From positions 123-64,122 of the forward strand of contig JALSLC010000006.1 of NCBI GenBank assembly GCA_026988525.1: a DNA stretch of 64,000 nt, given 5' to 3'. The number at the start of each line of letters is the position of its first letter. Position 1 is the stretch's first letter. Shown piece by piece: positions 52,273 through 60,807 of this stretch. This stretch comes from Archaeoglobaceae archaeon (GTDB lineage Archaea > Halobacteriota > Archaeoglobi > Archaeoglobales > Archaeoglobaceae). The position numbers were made by a program, and so were the translations under genes. Below the pieces are notes generated by a model that was not told where the DNA came from, did not search any database, and saw only the letters and a list, made by a program, of their open reading frames with translations.

Positions 52273-52689
52273 ATGATATGGAAGTTTAGAGCTATCAACA
52301 ACAGAGTTGCCAAAAGAAGATATTTTACTTATTCTGTTTTACTTATACTACTTTTCACAATTGTAGCAGTATACAGGGTTACGAATGGATACAGCATAAA
52401 GAAGATGGCAATACTACTCTCAGTTAGTGCCGTTTTTATATTTTTATATACTATTATATCCTTGGGACGAGAGAGATATTACACTCTCGATGAAAAAGAG
52501 ATAGTCTATAAACCTTTAAAAACAAAAATAGAGGACATAGAAAACTTTACCGTTAATGAAAATGACAAACTAATAAAACTAAAATTAAAGAAATTTAAAC
52601 TATTTACTGTAAAAACACTTTATTTTGAGGATAAAAACGATCTAAAAGAAGCAGAATTGTTTCTGAAGAAATATCTTAGGAGGGTTTAG
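52273..52689 (+). CDS. hypothetical two-TM membrane protein
   Basis: 138 aa, two hydrophobic helices followed by a soluble beta-rich tail. No motif recognised. Confidence 0.4.
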   Translation: MIWKFRAINNRVAKRRYFTYSVLLILLFTIVAVYRVTNGYSIKKMAILLSVSAVFIFLYTIISLGRERYYTLDEKEIVYKPLKTKIEDIENFTVNENDKLIKLKLKKFKLFTVKTLYFEDKNDLKEAELFLKKYLRRV

Positions 52690-52690
52690 A

Positions 52691-53143
52691 TTGCAAATAA
52701 GTGTTATAGGGGCTGGACGCTGTGATAAAGAATTAGAAGAAATAGCTGAGAAAGTTGGTGAATTATTAGCTGAAAAAGGTTTTGTAATAATAAACGGTGG
52801 AAAAGACGGTGTAATGAAAGCAGTTTCTAAGGGTGCAAGAAGGAAAGGTGGAATCGTAGTTGGAATTCTGCCTGATTTATCAGATGGGAATGAGTTTCTA
52901 TCAATTAGAATAAAAACAAATATGGGTCACGCAAGAAATGCAATAATAGCCCAAACCGGAGACGTAATTATATCCCTAGGCGGTGGATATGGTACTATTT
53001 CCGAAATAGCATTAGCTTTGAAAAATGGAAAGAAAGTAATATCAATAAAACCACCAATTATCTTAGATGGAATGATTGTTGTAAATAGTGCTGAAGAAGC
53101 TGTAGAAAAAGTATTAGAGGTGATAAGTTGTTTAAAGAATTAG
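52691..53143 (+). CDS. TIGR00725 / LOG-like Rossmann-fold protein
   Basis: 'ISVIGAG', 'INGGKDGVMKA', 'LGGGYGTISEIALAL' (PGGxGTxxE-like motif). TTG start. Confidence 0.7.
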   Translation: MQISVIGAGRCDKELEEIAEKVGELLAEKGFVIINGGKDGVMKAVSKGARRKGGIVVGILPDLSDGNEFLSIRIKTNMGHARNAIIAQTGDVIISLGGGYGTISEIALALKNGKKVISIKPPIILDGMIVVNSAEEAVEKVLEVISCLKN

Positions 53144-53157
53144 AAGTTGAATTAGAT

Positions 53158-53532
53158 ATGAATGAAATGGCAGATATAACTCCTAAAGTTGAAGAATTTA
53201 TCAAAAACAGTGGTGTAAAGGATGGAGCTGTGTTAGTGTTTAATGTAGGTTCTACTGGAGCAATAACAACAATAGAATACGAACCTGGACTAAAAAAAGA
53301 TTTTCCGAGAATTATGGATAAAATTGCACCCTACGGTGATAAATACGAGCATCATAAAACTTGGGGTGATGATAACGGCTCAAGTCACATAAAAGCTTCC
53401 ATAATCGGGCCAAGTTTGGTTGTTCCATTCAAAGATGGAAAACTACTGCTTGGAACGTGGCAACAAATAGTTGTTGTAAATTTCGATACGAGAAGGAGAA
53501 AGAGAAGAGTAATATTACAAATACTTAAATAA
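53158..53532 (+). CDS. YjbQ/UPF0047-family protein (secondary thiamine-phosphate synthase-like)
   Basis: 'DITPKVEEF', 'HHKTWGDDNGSSHIKASIIGPS', 'GKLLLGTWQQI'. ATG 53158 preferred over TTG 53128. Confidence 0.75.
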   Translation: MNEMADITPKVEEFIKNSGVKDGAVLVFNVGSTGAITTIEYEPGLKKDFPRIMDKIAPYGDKYEHHKTWGDDNGSSHIKASIIGPSLVVPFKDGKLLLGTWQQIVVVNFDTRRRKRRVILQILK

Positions 53533-54376
53533 GAGCTCCAGCAATAAAACCAATAAGACCAAAACACATAGCAATAAGAGTATCTTTTCTAAGTTTTCTT
53601 ATGGTACTCTTTTGTTTACTTTTCAAAAGCTCTACAGAACTACGTATAAGTAATAAATCTGTTATAAGCACAGGTAAAATATATCCTAAGTTTGCAAAAT
53701 TCCTATAAATAATAGGTGGTATAAAACTCATTAAAACAGCTAAGATGAAAAAAATAACCGATATTTTTCTCGCTTCATCTACACCGTAAATTCTTGCAAT
53801 ACTTTTAACGTTTCTTATAGCATCTCCAGTTACATCTTCTATACCTTTCATTATCTCTCTACCCACCCCCGTAAGAAATGCTAGTAAAGAGAGAATAACA
53901 ATAGGTCCACAAATTGTGTCCTTAGCAACTATACTGCCAAACATAAAGGGTACAGCCATTGAAAAAGCTATGTATATGTTGCCAGCAAGCCCAAACTCTT
54001 TTAGTTTCAAATCATATATATAACCCATTAAAGATACAAAAAGTGCAAATAAAAATGCTTTCAAGCTTATAAGGTATGAAAAAAACAGACCCAAGGGAGC
54101 TAAAAATATGCTTAAAAATAAAGCCATTTTTCTTGAAATTTCTCCTCTAACTATTGGTCTATCAAATCTTTCATTCACCAAATCAACTTCATAGTCAATA
54201 TAATCGTTTAAAGCAAATCCAGAAGCTTGAAGAAAAATAGCAGTCAACATACCAAATATAACTTTATCAGAAAAAAGTAAACCAGAAGATATGACTACTC
54301 CCGCCAAAACACCTACAGCATACATAATTCCATGTTCAAGTCTAAGCAATTCCCAGATAGCTTTTACAGACGTCAT
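53525..54376 (-). CDS. digeranylgeranylglyceryl phosphate synthase (UbiA prenyltransferase)
   Basis: '[11 protein letters not shown]...RPIVRGE' Asp-rich motif, about 8 TM segments. 4-nt overlap with the GGGP synthase gene. Confidence 0.85.
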   Translation of the reverse strand: MTSVKAIWELLRLEHGIMYAVGVLAGVVISSGLLFSDKVIFGMLTAIFLQASGFALNDYIDYEVDLVNERFDRPIVRGEISRKMALFLSIFLAPLGLFFSYLISLKAFLFALFVSLMGYIYDLKLKEFGLAGNIYIAFSMAVPFMFGSIVAKDTICGPIVILSLLAFLTGVGREIMKGIEDVTGDAIRNVKSIARIYGVDEARKISVIFFILAVLMSFIPPIIYRNFANLGYILPVLITDLLLIRSSVELLKSKQKSTIRKLRKDTLIAMCFGLIGFIAGALI

Positions 54377-55095
54377 CTTTCAGGAATTGTTTCCAGAAAT
54401 TTTTCTATTCCTTCCTCATATATTACATTTCCAACAACAATTACATCAGCATATTCGAGCATTTTCATAGCCTTCTCTCTGCTATTTATACCTCCTCCAT
54501 ATATTAATGGAGATGAGTCAAGTTTATTTTTTACAGTTTTTACTAATTCAGGAGATCCAAAAGTCCCGCTGTACTCTATGTATATTGCATCCATACCAAA
54601 GATTCTTTCTCCAGCAATAGCATAACTTGCAGCCTGAATCGGTGTTAAATCACATATAGACTTTGTAACTCTTGCTACCGCGGAAGATGGATTTAATACA
54701 ATATAACCTTCAAAAATTATTTCATCTAACAGTTCAAAGAAATCGGGGTTTTCATAATTTAACTCTACCCACTTAGCGTGTTTTCCAGTTATCCACTCTC
54801 CGTCTTTTGCATTTAATACAGATGGCACAAAAAGGTAATCTACATCATAAAAAACAGATTCTGGAGAGGACGGTTCAAGAATTGTGGGTAAGTTATAATC
54901 TTTAATAAGTTTAAAGAGTTTTACTGCTTTTTCAAGTGTGACATTCTGAGTTCCAGAAATCATCACTGCATCTGTACCGCTTTCCGCAACAGCTTTGATT
55001 ATATACTCAGGATTTGGCCTATCTGGATCCAGTTTTGTTATATGTCTCCATTTTCTTAACTCTCTTAATCCTTTTTTCTGTTTACTTTTTTCCAT
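54373..55095 (-). CDS. geranylgeranylglyceryl phosphate synthase
   Basis: '[11 protein letters not shown]', 'IYGGGI', 'VVVGNVIYE'. 240 aa. Confidence 0.9.
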   Translation of the reverse strand: MEKSKQKKGLRELRKWRHITKLDPDRPNPEYIIKAVAESGTDAVMISGTQNVTLEKAVKLFKLIKDYNLPTILEPSSPESVFYDVDYLFVPSVLNAKDGEWITGKHAKWVELNYENPDFFELLDEIIFEGYIVLNPSSAVARVTKSICDLTPIQAASYAIAGERIFGMDAIYIEYSGTFGSPELVKTVKNKLDSSPLIYGGGINSREKAMKMLEYADVIVVGNVIYEEGIEKFLETIPER

Positions 55096-55135
55096 ATGGT
55101 CAAAACTAAAAAGAGTTATTTAAAATTATTTTTGG

Positions 55136-55675
55136 TTAAATTACAAATACTGCTGCCGCTACTACGGTTGTATATTTACCATCTTCAACTTTTGCTTTTG
55201 CAGTTATACTTTTTGTAGTTGTAGGATCGATTCCAAAAGCTGTTTTTAACATGTAGGCAGCCATTTCCTCAGCATGCTTTCCCGGATCAACTTTATTACA
55301 AACACCATGATACTCAGTTAAGTACCCATGAACATCCGGATCAGACGGAATAGCTACACCAATACTTGCAAAAATTTCTTCTCCTGACTTATTACTTGAA
55401 TGTTTAGCCATTACACAGAATACAATCTGTCCGGGAAATAACTCCTTTAAGCCATCCTCTCTACTAACAACTTCGCATCCTGGTGGGTATATACTGCTAA
55501 CCAATACTAAATTGAATCTTTCTATTCCTGCATCCCTTAAAGCTAATTCAAAACTAACAAGTTCATCCTCATGACTACCCACACCACAAGTAAAAAATAC
55601 TTTTTTTGGTACAAGTCTTAGCTGATCAACACTTGAAGATGCTTTATAACACTCCTGAATTCCTGTTTCTTCCAT
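55136..55675 (-). CDS. pdaD: pyruvoyl-dependent arginine decarboxylase
   Basis: 'VPKKVFFTCGVG...FELALRDAGIERFNLVLVSSIYPP', including the Ser-Ser self-cleavage site. Confidence 0.9.
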   Translation of the reverse strand: MEETGIQECYKASSSVDQLRLVPKKVFFTCGVGSHEDELVSFELALRDAGIERFNLVLVSSIYPPGCEVVSREDGLKELFPGQIVFCVMAKHSSNKSGEEIFASIGVAIPSDPDVHGYLTEYHGVCNKVDPGKHAEEMAAYMLKTAFGIDPTTTKSITAKAKVEDGKYTTVVAAAVFVI

Positions 55676-55740
55676 GGCTTATGCCTCCTTTGTTTTATGT
55701 GTTTTTACTTCGAAGAATTACAGTATTTAAGATTATCTCC

Positions 55741-56001
55741 TCACAATACATCATTGTTCAAAATTGATTTAACGTAATTAAATATTTTAGTTGCAAGCTC
55801 CTCGCTATCGCACTCAATCACTAAACCCAGATTTTCATTTATCTTAAACCTGAGAGAAGGTAAAATTTCTGAACTTACACTACCAGCAACATAGGACCAC
55901 CTTTTACCAATTATTTCAGCAAACCAAACACTAACTCCAAACTCTTTCCAAATTTTTTCGGCCAATTCTTCGAGTTTAGAAGTATATATCTCTCTCACCA
56001 T
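55741..56001 (-). CDS. 86-aa hypothetical protein overlapping the 3' end of hydG
   Basis: ORF overlaps the hydG stop by 26 nt, same strand. No recognisable motif ('MVREIYTSKLEELAEKIWKEFGVSVWFAEIIGKRW...'). Confidence 0.4.
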   Translation of the reverse strand: MVREIYTSKLEELAEKIWKEFGVSVWFAEIIGKRWSYVAGSVSSEILPSLRFKINENLGLVIECDSEELATKIFNYVKSILNNDVL

Positions 56002-57484
56002 CTTCTATCCTACTCAAGTACTCCATCAACTTTTCAAATGTTCTTTCAGGAACTAATTTTTTAACTTCTTCAATTTCTCTACTCAAAATTTTTGTACCTA
56101 TTTCTCTCGTTTCATCACTTGCAAAATCCTCCAAGTATTCTTTGTAAGTTAGAATTGCATTGAGCTTGCAAAATATCTTTTCTTTACCAGTTTTAAGTAA
56201 TTTCATTATTCTAATACCTGTTCTACCACATCTATACCCGGCTGTACAAAATGAAACTATATATCCCATTTCTGCTAACCATCTGACTCCTTCATCTAAC
56301 TCTCTTGTATCCCCAAGAATAAATTGCTGTTTTTCAGCTTCCTGTTCGTTGTAACTTTCTCTATATGACCCAATACCAATTTTTGAACCAAAATCAGTTT
56401 GGGTTACTCCTAAGTGAATTACTCTCCTTCTTATATGCTCTGGTTCTCTTGCAGTCAGTATCATACCTGTGTAAGGTATAGCTATTCTAACTGTAGCTAT
56501 AAATTTCATAAAATCCTCATCAGATACCTTATAAGCAGAATTTTGAACAAAAGGTGTGTTGGCTGCAGGCCTCAGCCTAGGAAAACTTACTGTATGTGGG
56601 CCTATTCCAAATTTTTCTTCTAACTCTAAAGCGTGAGATAACAACGCCAAAACTTCAAACCTCCAATCGAACAACCCAAGTAAAACACCTATACCTACAT
56701 CATCAACTCCCGCCTCTAAGGCCCTATGCATACAGTATAATCTCCAAAAGTAGTTACCTTTTATTGTATCAGGTGGATGAACTTCTGAATAAGTTTTCAT
56801 ATGGTATGTCTCTTGAAACACCTGAAATGTGCCAATACCAACATCTCTTAAAATTTCAAGTTCTTCCACAGTCATTGGAGCAGCATTAACGTTCACTCTC
56901 CTAATTTCCCCTCTACCACCTCTCTTTCCTTTAACTCTAACACTGTATATTGCTTTAAGAGTGTTGGCTATATAGTTGACATCGGAAAGTGGATGTTCCC
57001 CATACGATGTTATAAGTCTTTTATGCCCCATCTTTGCAAGTATCTCCGCTTCTTTCTTTACTTCATCCAAAGTTAGCCTTCTCCTAATTTCTACACTATT
57101 CTCCCTTCTAAAAGCACAATAAAGACAGTTATTAACACAGTAGTTAGAGCAATACAAGGGTGCAAAAGTAACTATTCTGTTGTCATATACTTGCTTTTTT
57201 ACAATACTTGCTGTATGAAAAATTTCCTTCCAAAGATCTTCATTTTTAACGTTCAATATTGCAGCACAATCCTCCAAGGATATGCAATCCTTGTTTTGTA
57301 AAACCTCATCCATTATACTTCTAATTTTACTTGGACTTGGATCTCTATTTTCTTTTAAACATTTCCATATTTTCTTTTCATCAATAAATGATTTTTTATT
57401 ATCCATGTATTTAGAAAAACCATCGTCTCCTTTTAACCGATCTTCCATCCACTTTTTAGCTACATTGATACTTTCAACCCACAT
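55976..57484 (-). CDS. hydG: HydG-like radical-SAM [FeFe]-hydrogenase maturase (tyrosine lyase family)
   Basis: Radical-SAM 'CVNNCLYC', 'FQVFQETYH', 'DDVGIGVLLGLFDWRFE', 'GPHTVSFPRLRPA', C-terminal cluster domain 'SFCTAGYRCGRTG...FCKLNAILT', terminal 'RDIYF'. 502 aa. Divergent from hydA. Confidence 0.85.
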   Translation of the reverse strand: MWVESINVAKKWMEDRLKGDDGFSKYMDNKKSFIDEKKIWKCLKENRDPSPSKIRSIMDEVLQNKDCISLEDCAAILNVKNEDLWKEIFHTASIVKKQVYDNRIVTFAPLYCSNYCVNNCLYCAFRRENSVEIRRRLTLDEVKKEAEILAKMGHKRLITSYGEHPLSDVNYIANTLKAIYSVRVKGKRGGRGEIRRVNVNAAPMTVEELEILRDVGIGTFQVFQETYHMKTYSEVHPPDTIKGNYFWRLYCMHRALEAGVDDVGIGVLLGLFDWRFEVLALLSHALELEEKFGIGPHTVSFPRLRPAANTPFVQNSAYKVSDEDFMKFIATVRIAIPYTGMILTAREPEHIRRRVIHLGVTQTDFGSKIGIGSYRESYNEQEAEKQQFILGDTRELDEGVRWLAEMGYIVSFCTAGYRCGRTGIRIMKLLKTGKEKIFCKLNAILTYKEYLEDFASDETREIGTKILSREIEEVKKLVPERTFEKLMEYLSRIEDGERDIYF

Positions 57485-57624
57485 CGTTGTAAATTGACGG
57501 TCACGTAATATTAAATTTACTCAAATTTTTAATACATTATAAAACAAATTTCGTAAAATAGATATACTTAAGATCGACTGTAGGTTAAAAAGTGAATAAA
57601 AAATATGTATATTGGGGGGTTAAA

Positions 57625-59520
57625 ATGGCACAAGTAACAATAGATGATAAAATTATTGAAGTGTCTGAAGATATTACCGTAGAGGAGTTAATGAAAAAAG
57701 AGGGCATTGAATTCTGGAGGCCTTTTGAAGTGCCTCAAATGGAGTTTATACATAACAAAGATTGTCCTCTTATAAACATTGTTGAAGTAGATGGGGCTAT
57801 AGCTACTCCGAAAAAAATCAGACAAATGAAAGTAAAAGATGGAATGGTTATCAAAACGAAATCAGAAAAAATAAAGAAAACCTTAGAAGAAAGACTAAAA
57901 AAACTTGAAGAAAGAAAGGAATGCCATTTAATTAGACTTCTTCAAGAGTTTACTGCAATTGAAGCCGAAAATGCAGGAATAGTATCTCTTGAAGAGAGAA
58001 AGAACTGGAAATTTGAAGGATGGAAATCAGAACCAGCAATAGTGTACGATCCCGAATTATGTATAAGATGTGGAAATTGCGTTGAAACTTGTAAAAGTGT
58101 TCAAAGTGTTGAAGCTATAAAAATGGATGAAGAAAAAGGAGTAATACTTGTAGATGAGGCAAGATGTACAAGGTGTGGACAGTGCATTCATGCTTGCCCA
58201 ATGGGTTTAGAAAATGAAAAAATAAAAATATTCAAAGAATTTAATGGTTGTAAGCTTTGCCCGTATTCAAGACCATACAGCGCTATAAGAGAGATAGACC
58301 ATACAAAGATTGTTTGGGAAGCGTTAAAAGATAAAGAAAAATTTGTAGTTGTACAGTTTGCTCCATCAATGAGAGTTAGTATTGGAGAAGAGTTTGGATT
58401 GAAACCAGGTGAGATAGTTGTTGGAAAAATTTATGCTGCTTTAAGAAGGCTGGGATTTGACAGAGTATGGGATACAAACTTTGCTGCCGATGAAACAATA
58501 ATGGAGGAAGGAACTGAACTAATATGCCGTTTTATAAAAGCTGGAATAATAAACAAAGATAATGTAAAGGGTATTAAAATTACAGATGAAATGTTAAAGA
58601 ATATCTCAGATAAATTACCTCAATTTACATCATGCAGCCCGGGATGGGTTAAGTTCTGCGAAACGTTTTATCCGGAATTAATAGACCATATATCTTCTGC
58701 AAAATCACCACAACAGATGTTTGGTGCTACTGCAAAAACCTATGCAGCGTTAAAACTTGGAATTGATCCAGAAAAAGTTTTTGTAGTATCAATAATGCCG
58801 TGTACAGCTAAAAAATTTGAAAGAGAAAGAGAAGAAATGTGTTCAGCTTGGAAATGGTTGAAGGAAAATGGATATATTTCTGAGTATACACCACCCTTCC
58901 CAGATGTAGATGTTGTATTAACTACAAGAGAGTTTGCTAAATTGTTGAAAATGGCAGGTATAGACTTAGCCAAAATGCCTGATGAAGAACCAGATTCATT
59001 ACTTGGGAAATATACTGGAGCAGCAGCGATATTTGGAAGGACGGGTGGTGTAATGGAAGCTGCTTTGAGAACTGCATACGAGTTGATAACTGGCAAAAAG
59101 TTAGAAAAATTAGAGTGGGAAGAATTGGAAACCTTAGACGGTATAAAATCTGCAACAATAAAACTTAATGGTAAGGAAATAAAAGTTGCTGTTGCTCATG
59201 GGCTAAATAATGCAAGAAAAGTTTGTGAATCTGTTAAAAACGGTGGAGAGATGGCAAATTACCACTTCATAGAGTTTATGGCGTGTCCCGGTGGATGCAT
59301 TGGAGGAGGTGGACAACCAGAACCAACCAACTTAGAAAGAATAAAAGCAAGAATCCATGCTTTAAACGTTCACGATAGAAATTTACCGCTCAGAAAATCT
59401 CACGAAAATCCAGAAATACTACAAATGTACGAAGACTTCTTTGAACATCCTATTAGCGAAAAATCTCATGAATTACTACACACAAAGTATGTAGATCGAT
59501 CTATACACCTAAAACAATAA
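57625..59520 (+). CDS. hydA: [FeFe]-hydrogenase catalytic subunit (HydA, CpI-like multidomain architecture)
   Basis: H-cluster motifs L1 'TSCSPGW' (variant), L2 'MPCTAKKFE', L3 '[16 protein letters not shown]'. Also '[11 protein letters not shown]', two ferredoxin motifs '[11 protein letters not shown]' and '[12 protein letters not shown]', and the C-terminal '[17 protein letters not shown]...HELLHTKY'. The ATG at 57625 is preceded by GGGGGG. Confidence 0.9.
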   Translation: [631 protein letters not shown]

Positions 59521-59550
59521 AAAAATTTAGATTTTTATTTTTAATAAAAA
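59521..59550. terminator. T/A-run spacer between convergent hydA and the substrate-binding-protein gene (candidate bidirectional oligo-T terminator)
   Basis: 'aaaaaatttagatttttatttttaataaaaa' gives oligo-T runs on both strands immediately after both stop codons. Confidence 0.3.
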
Positions 59551-60807
59551 TTATTTAATCCAATTAGGTTGCATATAACTGCCTGTAGCTACATTTTTTG
59601 GCCATATTATTACTATTTTGCCGTTCTGCCACTGACATATCCAATTCCTTATGTAGTTGTCTCCCCAAACAGGGTCGTGGTACTTTGTAAAAGCAAAGTT
59701 CCCTCTAACACATTTGAACGGATGTGATCTATTGATTTTTTCCAAATACTTAACGACGACATCTGAGTTAAACGGATCTTTATTTCCATCTTTGTATGCT
59801 TTTTCTACTGCCCACTTGTACATAAACAATGAATCATACATGTCGTAAGCTGTATTAGCCTCAGGTAAAGTGTGATATTTTTCTATCCAAGCTCTAAGAA
59901 ATTCCTTAGATCTATTGTTTATTGGAGTTGGAATTGCTCCTCCTGTCGCTATAAACACTTCTCCATTGATCTTTCCATTGCTATTATTCCAAGCGTAGGG
60001 AGATAAAGCAGATAGATCATGTCCAATTATCTGAGCGTTTATCTTCATATTACTCCATTGTTTAACTAAGGGTATTCCATCAACGTGAGCTAACAAAGTT
60101 ATAATTACATCTGCCTTATTTTGTTTAACTTTGTAAAGTATTGATGAAAAGTCGGAAGTTCCAGCCGAAACTTTTTCATCCATAACTATGGTATATCCGT
60201 TCTTCTCTAACATAGGTTTCAAAACTTTCATTACATCATCCGTCCATATAGCGTTATCTCTTATTATTGCTACTTTCCTCCAATTTTTATGCAATTCGCC
60301 ATTAAAATAGCTATTTAAGGCATCGAATATATCGTACGCAAATGTTGTACTGTTAAGAGTTCCTGCTCTGAAAAAGTACTTGTAAGTATTGTAATTTTCC
60401 TTAACTTTCTTTGTTAATTCTGTTGATGCACCATCAGCAAGCCAAACAGTTTTTGTTTGAGCCATAACTTGTTGCATGGATAAAGATACTCCACTCGCAA
60501 ATCCGCCAATTATAACTCTACAACCATCATTTACCAACTTTCTGAATGCAATAGTTGCAGTATCTGGATTCATTTTAGTATCTCCAACTTCGACAACCAC
60601 TTTTCTACCAAGAATCCCACCTTCTTTGTTTATTTGCTCGGCTGCTAAAAAAACAGCTTTCTTTTCAGCTTTTCCAAAGGGCATTTCCATTGGTCCAATT
60701 ACACCTACTTTTAGCTCTTTGTTTTCAACTTTGTTGTTTTTGACACATCCCGCAAATACAATTGTAAATGCAAGAATTAAAACTACAAACTCTTTTTTCA
60801 TAATCAA
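59551..60807 (-). CDS. branched-chain/hydrophobic amino-acid ABC transporter substrate-binding lipoprotein (LivJ-like)
   Basis: Lipobox 'VFAGC', type-I periplasmic binding fold ('VGVIGPM', 'VIIGGFASG'). 418 aa. Confidence 0.8.
   Translation of the reverse strand: MIMKKEFVVLILAFTIVFAGCVKNNKVENKELKVGVIGPMEMPFGKAEKKAVFLAAEQINKEGGILGRKVVVEVGDTKMNPDTATIAFRKLVNDGCRVIIGGFASGVSLSMQQVMAQTKTVWLADGASTELTKKVKENYNTYKYFFRAGTLNSTTFAYDIFDALNSYFNGELHKNWRKVAIIRDNAIWTDDVMKVLKPMLEKNGYTIVMDEKVSAGTSDFSSILYKVKQNKADVIITLLAHVDGIPLVKQWSNMKINAQIIGHDLSALSPYAWNNSNGKINGEVFIATGGAIPTPINNRSKEFLRAWIEKYHTLPEANTAYDMYDSLFMYKWAVEKAYKDGNKDPFNSDVVVKYLEKINRSHPFKCVRGNFAFTKYHDPVWGDNYIRNWICQWQNGKIVIIWPKNVATGSYMQPNWIK

Noticed and set aside
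55976-57484. Alternative call of the radical-SAM gene as ThiH or BioB
   Set aside because: At 502 aa it carries the extra C-terminal Cys-containing domain and the terminal RDIYF typical of HydG. It also sits head-to-head with hydA. ThiH lacks the auxiliary-cluster domain.
57592-57624. Upstream GTG-start extensions in the ORF track (hydA 57592, hisC 5435, archease 25985, cdc48 9356, ferredoxin 34765)
   Set aside because: In each case an internal ATG is preceded by a GGAGG-like Shine-Dalgarno sequence and matches the conserved family N-terminus. The extensions are basic or hydrophobic junk.
57625-59520. Alternative call of HydA as a Nar1/NARF-like or NuoG-like protein
   Set aside because: It retains MPCxxKxxE with the Lys, ExMxCxxGCxxGGGQP and the RKSHENP small-subunit-like tail. 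These are features of true hydrogenases, not of Nar1-like or complex I subunits.
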